NCBI GenBank assembly: GCA_965197405.1 | Contig: OZ240206.1 | Span: 2,386,183 to 2,450,182, forward strand | From: Dehalococcoidia bacterium | GTDB lineage: Bacteria; Chloroflexota; Dehalococcoidia; Lucifugimonadales; JAGWBF01 | Direction: 5' to 3' | DNA: 64,000 nt | Shown: one piece after another, positions 48,712 through 58,044 of the stretch | Numbering within the stretch: position 1 is the stretch's first letter | Layout of the letters: each line of letters opens with the position of its first letter | Made by a program: the position numbers and the translations under genes | Notes under the pieces: generated by a model | What the model was told of the DNA's origin: nothing | Seen by the model: only the letters and a program-made list of their open reading frames with translations | The model's database searches: none

Positions 48712-49788
48712 TTAGTCCCAATTTGGGAACAGTTTTCGGACCGCCCCGGTGCCTACGAACTGAGAAAGCAGTCGATAGTTTCGCAACTCACGGCGAGCCC
48801 GGCCTGCAACGATGGCTGGGTGGATGCCGACCTCTTGTGCCAAGGCTATCACCGTCATTGGTGATGGGTTTTCGAGCACACCGCTGTCCTGCCATATATC
48901 TTCCGGTATCAGACAGTCGTAGGCGAAGTCGTCGGCGTCCGTCTCCTTGTCATCCCCGCTGGCCAGTCTGAGGTCGTCAATGAAGGTTTCGTCGTTTTCT
49001 GGCAGGTGCCGTACTACGTGGGCCAGTTCGTGCATGAGCACCCACCAGAAGTTGTCGACCCTGTCGTAGCGGAGGGTCAGGCCGATTACTGGCCGTCCTT
49101 CCACGGACTTCATGGCAGCGCCATCCAAGTGGGTCCGTGGCAAATGCCCTACTATTTCGACGGCGATTCCTTGCCCAGCCAGGAAATCAACTGCTTGCCG
49201 TGGGCCGTCAATTGCGGGGCTTAACCTCGCTACTTGGTTCATCAGCTCGGCTTGGTCGCTGTTCTGTTGGTAGTCAACGGACAGGTCCCTTTTATTGGCC
49301 TGAGCCAAGACCTGCCAACACCAGGCTTTGAGTGCGTAGGGGTCGGTCTTCGCGTTGGCGCGATTCTGATTGGTCTTCCGATACAGCGCGACGGTAGGTT
49401 GCGTGTGTCCGGCTTTGTTCACTAACTCTGCGACCAGTTCTTCTGCGTGCTCACGAAGGTTGCTCCGCTTCTTAATCCAGCCACGCTTTGCCATCTCGCT
49501 GAGGGGGAACCGTCGCCAGTCGATTTCCTCGTCAGAGTGACCGTTGTATACAGCAGGCTCTTTCAGCAATGCTTCCGCTGGTATGCCTAGGTGCCGGTGG
49601 AGTGCCCGAGCCATCGGCATAGTCAGAGGTCGAGTGCCAGAGAGAACTTCGGAGACCTTAGAACGACTTCCAATCATCGGGATCAAGTCTCGCTGTTCGA
49701 GGCCGCATTCAACCATGTAGAACTTGATAGCTTCTACAGAGTCCCTGAATTCGTGTGTCCTAATGGAACGGTTATCAGCATCTCTCAT
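48712..49788 (-). CDS. HigA-type HTH fused to an ImmA/IrrE metallopeptidase
   Basis: GSRSKVSEVLSG HTH; FWWVLMHELAH; ETDADDFA. Confidence 0.88.
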   Translation of the reverse strand: MRDADNRSIRTHEFRDSVEAIKFYMVECGLEQRDLIPMIGSRSKVSEVLSGTRPLTMPMARALHRHLGIPAEALLKEPAVYNGHSDEEIDWRRFPLSEMAKRGWIKKRSNLREHAEELVAELVNKAGHTQPTVALYRKTNQNRANAKTDPYALKAWCWQVLAQANKRDLSVDYQQNSDQAELMNQVARLSPAIDGPRQAVDFLAGQGIAVEIVGHLPRTHLDGAAMKSVEGRPVIGLTLRYDRVDNFWWVLMHELAHVVRHLPENDETFIDDLRLASGDDKETDADDFAYDCLIPEDIWQDSGVLENPSPMTVIALAQEVGIHPAIVAGRARRELRNYRLLSQFVGTGAVRKLFPNWD

Positions 49789-49918
49789 GACTCCTCCCTT
49801 TCGTGCCATTTGGTGGGCATTGTACCATGTTCCCAAATTCGCAAGATGTGCGTGGACACTGTGTTAATATTGCAGGTGAACCAAGGTAGCCTTAGGCTAT
49901 CAAAAGGAGGTGATAACG

Positions 49919-50050
49919 ATGGCAGACCGTCGAGCAGGGGGCCGTGTGCCCCATGTCCCGAGCAAGGGCGGGGCACAGCCACGTGCCCGCAACAAAGATG
50001 GATCGTGGCGAAAAAATCGTTCAGACGCTGGAAAGCCTCGTTCTAAGTAG
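49919..50050 (+). CDS. 43-aa basic small protein (below the ORF-track cutoff)
   Basis: AAGGAGGTGA RBS; MADRRAGGRVPHVPSKGGAQPRARNKDGSWRKNRSDAGKPRSK*. Confidence 0.7.
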   Translation: MADRRAGGRVPHVPSKGGAQPRARNKDGSWRKNRSDAGKPRSK

Positions 50051-50058
50051 CCATCTGA

Positions 50059-50090
50059 CTGCCCCATACTCGACATGGGGCAGTTCTTTT
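50059..50090 (+). terminator. Intrinsic terminator
   Basis: CTGCCCCAT-loop-ATGGGGCAG followed by TTCTTTT. Confidence 0.7.
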
Positions 50091-50106
50091 GAAATCTGGA
50101 TCCGCT

Positions 50107-50571
50107 TCAGGTCAGCCTTAGGTGGATTTCGGTCACTACCCTTCTCATATAGACTGTCGCATTACCATACATACCGCCGGAAAGCGACTCCGGGCTGTCG
50201 TGCTCGATCACTGGTCCTTGTCCCATTTTGCTGCGCCAGCGCCCATTGAGCACTTGAACGCTCGCGTGTTTCATCTCGCCGTTCACTTCGTACAATGCGA
50301 CCTTTTGGTAGACAACCTCGGCGTCGCTGCGGTCGCATTGTTCGTACCCCAGTCCGGCGAACGCTTCCTTCAGGCTGTCTAACCGGTTAGTCTCCGTCGC
50401 CCACGGAGGCCAGTAATTGATGCCGTCGGGCCACCACCACTTGCTGGTGTCGTCGGCGGCGTAGGCGATACAGTTATACTGCTCTGAGGGTTGTTCAACG
50501 ATTTCGAATCCTTCGCTGGATAGCAGTGGGAACGCTACGACGAGCAGTTGCGCCCATCTAGCCGTATCCAT
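50107..50571 (-). CDS. Papain-like (Cys-His) fold protein of unknown function
   Basis: YNCIAYA, WWWP, KHASVQ, WRSKMG; start overlaps the upstream stop by 14 nt. Confidence 0.7.
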   Translation of the reverse strand: MDTARWAQLLVVAFPLLSSEGFEIVEQPSEQYNCIAYAADDTSKWWWPDGINYWPPWATETNRLDSLKEAFAGLGYEQCDRSDAEVVYQKVALYEVNGEMKHASVQVLNGRWRSKMGQGPVIEHDSPESLSGGMYGNATVYMRRVVTEIHLRLT

Positions 50572-53500
50572 TGTCTTCACCCCATTGCAACCAGGCGGCC
50601 TGCATCGCTCCAACGTTGCCGCGGTCGTCCGGTTTCACGGGGCTGGCGCTGGTGATTTCTCTCAGCGCATGGAACCAGTGCCCACCCTGGGACTGCATAC
50701 GTTCCAGGATCAGGGGCACCGCCGATTCGCCCATGCTGACGATTTCTCGGTGGGCCGGGTGTTCAGTTGCCCGCCCCGAGTTCGACAGCAGTACGGTTTC
50801 ATTTTCCCACTGGTCGGCCAGTTCTTGGAAGCGTTCGCGGTCGGCAGGTTCTATGTCCGCCTCATCCGCGTACTGGCCGTAACCCAGGCCGCGGACGTGG
50901 GGCTCCTGGTGGAGCAGGTGGCGCAGGCGAGCCAGCTCGGCGGCGTCCCAGCCCATGGCAGTGGCCACGGCCTCGTCCCACAAGCGGCGCACTTCGCACT
51001 CCCCGTCTCGGAACTGCGGAACCGTCATGTCCCTGGTGCGTTCCCAGCAGTCGGCCAGGATACTACGGATGCGGTCGTCCTTGATGTCGGGTATACGGAT
51101 GTTGTCGGCTTCCGAAGTACTGTATGTAGGAAACGGTATTTTTCGTCCTGCACGCCGCATCAACTGTAAGCGTCCAGCGGTCGAGTTTATGAACACTGCG
51201 GCTGCTTTGGCTTGAGGTGACGATAATCCAGCAACTGGCATCCAGCCGTTGCCTATGTATCGCTCGTCATCAGCCGTTGCGGTTAATCGACCGGTTTTGC
51301 TGTCGTGCCCTGCCGTGATCAGCAGGTTACTGGCCTTTTCCAGAATCTGATCCACTTCTGGATAGGTGCCGCCGTTCAGCTTACGCGCCTTCTCGTCTCG
51401 GTTTTTTGGAACCCAGTATTCATCTGGATGGCTTTGTATGCGGGTTTGGGCGTCGGCACCTTTTGATTTAAGTATTGGGAAGCTGCCCGCGGACCCGGCT
51501 GGTGCCGGCTCGAAAGAGCCGCGCAGCAGCCGGCCTGTCGCCTGCGCCGACAGGCCGGCTGAATCTAGTGATTGTAGGTCAGCGTCGTTAGCGAACCGTG
51601 CAGCTGCCTCGGCTAGATCGGGCGACCTCCAGATGGCAGGCGTCCAGTCGCCCTCTGCCATCCTTTCGGCGGACCACCAGGACACTTCGCCCCACCCGTT
51701 AGCGATCTGTCCTTGCTGACATCCCAATAGGCAGCGATGCAATTCATCAACTTCGGTTTCATCAACGGGCATCCTGTCGAGTTGCACGAACCGCGTCGGC
51801 GCACTGTTCACCTTGTTGCGTGTGGCTATAATTATGCTCTCGTCAATTTCAGTGTTCTGACTAAGGGTGAACTCCCGTGGCCAACGACCAGTGAGCACAG
51901 TGTGAATGTGATAGCGCTGGGCCAGAGTGCGCCGCTCATTCAACCCGGATGGCGCAGATAGGGCGATGGTCGGGTTGATCATCGTTAATGTCCCTGCATC
52001 TTTAGGCAGGCAGCGGTCAGCCAGCATCACGAAACACGGTCGCACCGTGTTTCGTGATGCGAAATTTTTCAATTCCGGGTCAGCTTGGACCAGTAAATCC
52101 TCCAAACTATCCGTCCGTTTTCGCAATGCTTGCTGAACCCCGTCGGGAAACTTTTCACCCATCTTGGAACGATTGCTGAACGGCGGGTTCATAATGACGA
52201 TTCGCGCATCTTTGACCGCATCCACGGCGTATTCCAACTCGGCGTCGTCGGGCTGATTCCAGACTATTTGAGAGCCGATTTTGTCGTCAGGCAAGCCCAG
52301 TTCGTCGCCCCTGGGGACGATGGCCTTCTGCCCCAGGAGTTCCAGTGTTCCCACGGATACTTGCGCTGGATTGTTCGCCTGCGGGCCATAAGGCATCAGG
52401 TGCAGGCCCATTTTCCGGTAGCGGATGTCCTGGTTGCCGGCGGTGAGCTGCGACGCCGCCAGTTGCAGGGACACCGGGTTGATGTCCAACCCCTTGATGG
52501 TATCCTCCACCGCCAGTTTTTGCAGTTCGCCGATCTGCTCCTCGCTGGAGCCTTGCTCCCGGGCCCGGCGCTTCATGTCGGTGAGCATCGCAGCCAAGAG
52601 CGTCCCGCTGCCGCAGGCAAGGTCAACGGTCTTGTGTTCGCGCCAGACGTCGATGGCGGTCCAGTCCTTTTCCCCGCAGGCGTCCAGGGTGAGGCGTGCG
52701 GCGATGGACGCGGCCACCGGGCGGGTGAAGTAGGCACCGTCGCTGGCCTGGTTGCCCATAACCCGGTTGAACAGCGGGCCGGCGTGGTCGGCGCCCATGT
52801 CGGCGTAAGTTTCGGCGATGCGTTCCGCCTCCGCCGTGAGGTGCCGCAGGGCACGTTCCAGTCCAGCCAATTTGCCGGTGTCCTCAACGGCTTCGATGGC
52901 GTTGACGGCCGGAACTAGTACGGGGTGAAAGTCGCGACGCATGATGTTGTACCATTCCCTTTTGACCCGGCGTACCACGTTCACGTCGTTCTTGACTGCC
53001 TGTAGGTCGCTGACGCCAGCCAGCCAGCGGCCATTGGCGATGCGCTGGTGGAGCATGGCGGCGTTCATCATCAGCAGGGCGGCGGTCACGCATCCGTCGG
53101 CGGCCTTTCCTTCCTTTATCGCCTTTTTGGCCTTCTCGTCCAAGTTGTCCAGCATAAAGTGCTGGTCAAGGGCCGGTTGCAATTGGTCCTCTCGCAGATG
53201 GCGGGCGGCTTCCTTGACGCTGGATTCCAGGATGTTCAGGTCTCGGACCACGCGGTTATCCACCAGCCCAGACTTGGAAAGCAGGTTCATCTTGATGGCG
53301 TTACCCTGGTCTTCCAGTCCGCTGAGTTTGATCTGCCGAAAGAAGACTTGGTCCATTCGCTCTTCGCGGGTGGGGAGAGGCTTCCTTTCCGTTGTGGTCG
53401 GGATGCGCACCCCCTCGCCCTTGTTAATCATGGCCTTGGCCTTGGCCTTGGACTTCTTGATGTCCACTATGCCGCGGGTGCCGTCGGGCCGGGGATTGGC

Positions 53501-56011
53501 CCTGGCTACAGTGTCCATACGCAATTCGATGCTGCCGTCGTGGTTCTTCTTGCCGGTGACAATTTGTGTGGGTTCCGTAGGCTTTTCCGCAAGTTGCAAG
53601 GCCGTTGGCTTTGCTTCACCGATGCCACGCGATTCGTCGGCTGCGATGTCCTGGGTCTGGCCGTACAGCAATGGAGCGGAGTCGACGGCGGCAGGTTCGT
53701 CCGAAACCGGCTCCGTCATAGTGGGCGTCTCTGAGATTGGACGAAACTCTTTGGTCAGGGTGCTTTTGCCCTCTAGCACCCGTTCCACGGCCTCTTGCGC
53801 TTCCCCGGGCGGGCCTTCGTGCTCCCGGTAGTGGATGCGCTTGTCCTCGCCGCTGGCCACGGCGACGATGGTTCGCAGCGCGGGCGGCGGTTGCGGGATG
53901 TATAGTTGCAGTAGGTCAGCCAGATTGTCCTCAATACGCTGGTCGTGGGCACGCAGGGCCAGGAGTATCTGCCCCAGTTCCTGCCACCCCTCCTCCTTGT
54001 CGCTGGAACTGAGCCACTGTTCCGGGTCCGCATTGGGCGGTATCACGATGGGGCAGATAATATAGCCTATCTCTTTGCCCTCCGCAGTGCGCATGGCCCG
54101 GCCTACCGCTTGGATCACGTCGATGGGGCTTTTCCTGGCTTCCAGGAAGGCCACGGCGTTCAATGAGGGCGAGTCGGTGCCTTCACCGAAGATGCCCACG
54201 TTGATGATGCCGTGGGGATCAGGTTCGGTGGCTTCCGCGAGCCGGCGCTTGGCGTTTTCGCGGGCCGTTACATTGCTGGTAGCGTCCAGGTGTTCCAGAG
54301 TGTACTGCGCGGCGGTTTGCCCGTCCTGGTAATCGTTGAGCCAGTCCTGAAGCCATTTCCGTACCGCAGAGGTTTGGAGGGCGTCCTTCATGTTTTTGGA
54401 TTTGTCCACGGTGTTCATGAAGGCGATGCAGGACTTGATGGGAACCGTTCCCTCGCCCCGGTTCTGCGTGGCACCGCCCATGGCCAGGGAAAAAGCCAGC
54501 CCGCGAAGAAAATGGGTGGAGGTCAGGGGGTTGCGCCCTTTGCTCTGGGTTTCTCCGGCCAGCGTATTGGCGATGTTGTAGGCGTCGGGGCCGTTGACGC
54601 CCACGGCGATGATGCGATAGTCAGCAAGCCAACGGTTCCTGACCGCTTCCACGTAGTTCTTGCGATACAGCTCCACGCCGAAGACGGTCTCGTCGTCCAT
54701 GGTGCGGACGATCCAGTCGCTGGCCTGGTCTCGGTTCACCCTGCTGGTGTCGTAGATGCGGGGCGTTGCGGTCTGATAGACACGGTAGGTTGCCGGGAAT
54801 GCATCGTTGTCGTGGCACAGCGTGAAGTCGCGGATGCGGCGCTCTTCGTCGGACATCTCGCTGGTTTTGGCAGGGCGTTTCCGGCGCAGTCCAGCAGTAC
54901 GGTGCGCTTCGTCTGCTATGAGGACTTTTGCCGTGACTTCGGTCTCTTTGAGGGCCTCCGCAATACGGTTGCCGCTCTGGTAGGTGCCGAAGATGACGCT
55001 TATCTGGTCGGCGGCCTGACCGTCGCGTATCCATTCGGATATTTCCGCCGGATCGGTGGTAACCTTGCCCTTTACCTCGGCGGCGCTGACGTTGCTGTTG
55101 TCCAGCGTAGGGTCGGCGGCAGTGTTCCGCGTGCTTTCCTTCTTGGGATCGTAGCCGGCGGTTTCGTCCGAGCAGACGGCCAACGCGCGGATGTCCGTCT
55201 CGGCGTGCTGGAGGTACTCGCGCCTGATTTGGGCGACCAGGGCGATGGACGGACACAGCACGATGGACAGTTCACCCGGTGGCGTGAGTTCCTCGACGAT
55301 GCGCAATGAGATGCGGGTCTTGCCTGTGCCGCAGGGCAAGATGATTTTCCCGCGTGCTTGGCCTACCGGCAGGCCGCCACTGTCCGACCGTTCATATTCC
55401 TTGAGGATGCGCACGCTTTCGGCGATGGCTTCCGCTTGCATACAGGACTTGGATTGCCGACGTTCCTCGCCGTCGGGGTTGGGTTCGCAGTGAGGGCATT
55501 CCTCGTAGGTGAACGCAGCCTGCTGTTGCAGCAGGTCGTTGGCGATGCTGACCATCTTGACGGGTTTGTCGGTCATTGACATGGCCTGCTGGCTGTTGCC
55601 GCTCACAGGGTTGTCGCCGTTGGTGACGATCCATCGTTCGGCCCAGAATTCGCCGGCGGACGTGCTGGCGAAGCTGTCGATTTCGCCCTTGCTGATAGGA
55701 GCGCCCTGTCCGGCAGCATTCAGCCGCCGGGATTTGCACTGAATTGCGACGTGCTCTCCGTCGCTTCGGCGAATCGCTACACAGTCAATGCCTATATCCT
55801 GGTTGGTAGTTCCAGGGAAATGAGTTTCGCGGTCTGGCCATTCGGACCAGAGGTAGCACTGAGCAATGTCCCACTCTTTGACATGGGGGCCTACGGCGAC
55901 GGTAACATCTTCAAGCCATGTGCCATCGGTGCTTTGTGGACTCATCTCGGCTACGATGGCGATAGCGTTTTCGATGATGGCAGGCTGATTGATGCTTTGC
56001 ATAGTTTTCAC
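50558..56011 (-). CDS. Type ISP-like single-chain R-M enzyme (Mrr-like nuclease, SF2 helicase, N6-MTase, TRD) with extra C-terminal domain
   Basis: DIGID..IQCK; PCGTGKT, DEAH, TATP, QAVGRAMR; DLACGSGT, MNPPF. Confidence 0.88.
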   Translation of the reverse strand: MKTMQSINQPAIIENAIAIVAEMSPQSTDGTWLEDVTVAVGPHVKEWDIAQCYLWSEWPDRETHFPGTTNQDIGIDCVAIRRSDGEHVAIQCKSRRLNAAGQGAPISKGEIDSFASTSAGEFWAERWIVTNGDNPVSGNSQQAMSMTDKPVKMVSIANDLLQQQAAFTYEECPHCEPNPDGEERRQSKSCMQAEAIAESVRILKEYERSDSGGLPVGQARGKIILPCGTGKTRISLRIVEELTPPGELSIVLCPSIALVAQIRREYLQHAETDIRALAVCSDETAGYDPKKESTRNTAADPTLDNSNVSAAEVKGKVTTDPAEISEWIRDGQAADQISVIFGTYQSGNRIAEALKETEVTAKVLIADEAHRTAGLRRKRPAKTSEMSDEERRIRDFTLCHDNDAFPATYRVYQTATPRIYDTSRVNRDQASDWIVRTMDDETVFGVELYRKNYVEAVRNRWLADYRIIAVGVNGPDAYNIANTLAGETQSKGRNPLTSTHFLRGLAFSLAMGGATQNRGEGTVPIKSCIAFMNTVDKSKNMKDALQTSAVRKWLQDWLNDYQDGQTAAQYTLEHLDATSNVTARENAKRRLAEATEPDPHGIINVGIFGEGTDSPSLNAVAFLEARKSPIDVIQAVGRAMRTAEGKEIGYIICPIVIPPNADPEQWLSSSDKEEGWQELGQILLALRAHDQRIEDNLADLLQLYIPQPPPALRTIVAVASGEDKRIHYREHEGPPGEAQEAVERVLEGKSTLTKEFRPISETPTMTEPVSDEPAAVDSAPLLYGQTQDIAADESRGIGEAKPTALQLAEKPTEPTQIVTGKKNHDGSIELRMDTVARANPRPDGTRGIVDIKKSKAKAKAMINKGEGVRIPTTTERKPLPTREERMDQVFFRQIKLSGLEDQGNAIKMNLLSKSGLVDNRVVRDLNILESSVKEAARHLREDQLQPALDQHFMLDNLDEKAKKAIKEGKAADGCVTAALLMMNAAMLHQRIANGRWLAGVSDLQAVKNDVNVVRRVKREWYNIMRRDFHPVLVPAVNAIEAVEDTGKLAGLERALRHLTAEAERIAETYADMGADHAGPLFNRVMGNQASDGAYFTRPVAASIAARLTLDACGEKDWTAIDVWREHKTVDLACGSGTLLAAMLTDMKRRAREQGSSEEQIGELQKLAVEDTIKGLDINPVSLQLAASQLTAGNQDIRYRKMGLHLMPYGPQANNPAQVSVGTLELLGQKAIVPRGDELGLPDDKIGSQIVWNQPDDAELEYAVDAVKDARIVIMNPPFSNRSKMGEKFPDGVQQALRKRTDSLEDLLVQADPELKNFASRNTVRPCFVMLADRCLPKDAGTLTMINPTIALSAPSGLNERRTLAQRYHIHTVLTGRWPREFTLSQNTEIDESIIIATRNKVNSAPTRFVQLDRMPVDETEVDELHRCLLGCQQGQIANGWGEVSWWSAERMAEGDWTPAIWRSPDLAEAAARFANDADLQSLDSAGLSAQATGRLLRGSFEPAPAGSAGSFPILKSKGADAQTRIQSHPDEYWVPKNRDEKARKLNGGTYPEVDQILEKASNLLITAGHDSKTGRLTATADDERYIGNGWMPVAGLSSPQAKAAAVFINSTAGRLQLMRRAGRKIPFPTYSTSEADNIRIPDIKDDRIRSILADCWERTRDMTVPQFRDGECEVRRLWDEAVATAMGWDAAELARLRHLLHQEPHVRGLGYGQYADEADIEPADRERFQELADQWENETVLLSNSGRATEHPAHREIVSMGESAVPLILERMQSQGGHWFHALREITSASPVKPDDRGNVGAMQAAWLQWGEDNGYG

Positions 56012-56425
56012 CCTTTGGGGTCTCGATCCTACCTCGACTCGCGAGTCAGGTGATTTCGTGGTGAATAGTCTAATCGTTGCGCAGGGGGTTGACGCTAGGT
56101 CGTACCGGGTGCGTACGCGGCGTATTCCAATAGGGGGACTTGCACTTGGGGCAGACCTTCGGATCAGGCGCGCCCGGCTGCTTGCGTACCCAGCGGTGAC
56201 CGCATCGCTCGCACAAGAATCCGGGAATCATCACATAAGGCATGGAAGTTCTCCCCGCATCAAGGATCGGCGCAACGGTCGGCTATGTACCGAGTTGGTA
56301 TAGTTACAAGTTAGCACCGATTAGACACTACCGCAACTTTGATCCCCGTTTGGGCTTCAGTATCGGAGGTTTCCTGGGCTGCGACATCGGCAGGAGAGAC
56401 CTCCAGGATCCGGGGACGCAGACAC

Positions 56426-56450
56426 AAAAAAGCCGGGTTAACGACCCGGC
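56426..56450 (-). terminator. Intrinsic terminator after the PLD gene
   Basis: Minus strand GCCGGGT-loop-ACCCGGC TTTTTT. Confidence 0.7.
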
Positions 56451-56532
56451 AACTTGTCGAAGGAAAGCGCCGTTCATGGCCGCCAACTCGAACCTCGGCG
56501 CGAAGGTTCTTGCTTTCGTCGATTTTGTGGAC

Positions 56533-58044
56533 CTACCTAAACAATTCGTCAGCGCGAGCTTTCCATAACCCAATGTCGTCGAGTCGCGCCGAGTAAGAAC
56601 TCGTCTCTCTACGATACCCGGAATCGCGTTCGCCACGGTACGAGAGCCAGTTAAAGCTCCCCCAGGCACAGAACTGTGAGTCGCAGATAATGAACTTTTC
56701 GTGAGTCTCGGCGAGTTTAATCGTCAAATTGTCTCTCAGGTCCCTTGGGATCAAATCCCGAAGCTTGGAGAGGACAGCGTTGCCCTTTTCCCTGTTGCGG
56801 GACGCTTCAGGCCCACGTTTGCGAATACCAAGTCCCCAGGCGATCCTCACCTGGACGCCCCTGCCGATTGCGGCTGCCAGCATCCGGCAGACCTCATCAT
56901 CGAAGGCATACGGGTCTATCCAGGCCGAAACCAAAGTGAGCTCCGCAGAGGCATTGCCAATGGCGGTCAACAACACCTGTCGGTGTTCTTCGGTCTTGAT
57001 CAGCCGGATTTGTCCTTCCGTAATTGAGGTCAGTTTGCTCTCCCTTTCCTCCAACAGTTGTTCCAGTTGGAGTTTTTCCGACTCCAGGGTCTTGACCCGA
57101 GCCTCAAGGTCAGAACGTTCCTCTTCGTCTTGGGTAGTTCCTTGTGTTGCCCTCGCTTCCGCAACGGCTCTCTCGGTTTCTGTAACTTCCTGATCCAGGT
57201 CATCGATCTCTTGAAGGAGGCTGGATTCTTCCTGAGAAAAGGCTTGGGGCCGGATCCAATCAGTGAGTTGGTCTGCCTTCAGGTCATCCGGGACCAGATC
57301 TACCCCGCGGTCTGCCAGCCTCTGCAAATAGGCAGATTCCTCTTCAAGATATTGCTGAGCCTGAAAAGCGGCAAAGAACGACTTGTCACTGTTCACCGCA
57401 TCTAACTTGACCAGAATAACGTCATTCCGGTACTTGAGCCTCACGTCTTTGATATCCGATACTTCCAGAATTTCTACCCTGTCCCGCTGCCGTCCGTAAA
57501 ATCGCTCGTAGTCCCTGACTTCGTCGGTCCGGACGTTGCCAAGGCGTGGCCTCCGGGGGCTCGTGGAGGGAATGAACAAACCGTCTTTCCTTACCTCATC
57601 CCGGTCCAGCAGTTGCCGGACATCTGTATCAAGAATTCTCCTGGTCAGGGGGTCGTAAGGGACCCTGATATGTTTGTTCCTGGGCCGCCTGGTCCTTCCT
57701 CTGTCTCGGAGGACCTGCCTTCCTGAATCAGTAATACCGATGCCGGGCCCAGGAGACTGTGTGACCAGGTTCTCTCCAAGAAGTTCCGCAGCGGCGCTTG
57801 CTACGTAGTTCTGGGACATACCCAGCATTCTGCCGATTTCTGCCGGTTGCGTTACCTTTAGGTTCGACAGATGGAGCACAAATCTAGCCGGAGTGGACAG
57901 TTCGTCTTCTGCGATTTCGGTCACCTTCAGACGCAACTCGTAGACTGGCAAGCAAACCCGAAAAGGCACGTCGACTTTGTGGTCCGGGAACCGGCGTTTT
58001 GCGCGGGCGGCGACGTCATTCAATTCGTTGTGGGTAGTATTCAT
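56533..58044 (-). CDS. PLD-family nuclease with wHTH and coiled coil (Mokosh MkoB-like)
   Basis: HEKFIICD (HxKxxxxD) and GSFNW; ATGA coupling to the upstream gene. Confidence 0.8.
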   Translation of the reverse strand: MNTTHNELNDVAARAKRRFPDHKVDVPFRVCLPVYELRLKVTEIAEDELSTPARFVLHLSNLKVTQPAEIGRMLGMSQNYVASAAAELLGENLVTQSPGPGIGITDSGRQVLRDRGRTRRPRNKHIRVPYDPLTRRILDTDVRQLLDRDEVRKDGLFIPSTSPRRPRLGNVRTDEVRDYERFYGRQRDRVEILEVSDIKDVRLKYRNDVILVKLDAVNSDKSFFAAFQAQQYLEEESAYLQRLADRGVDLVPDDLKADQLTDWIRPQAFSQEESSLLQEIDDLDQEVTETERAVAEARATQGTTQDEEERSDLEARVKTLESEKLQLEQLLEERESKLTSITEGQIRLIKTEEHRQVLLTAIGNASAELTLVSAWIDPYAFDDEVCRMLAAAIGRGVQVRIAWGLGIRKRGPEASRNREKGNAVLSKLRDLIPRDLRDNLTIKLAETHEKFIICDSQFCAWGSFNWLSYRGERDSGYRRETSSYSARLDDIGLWKARADELFR

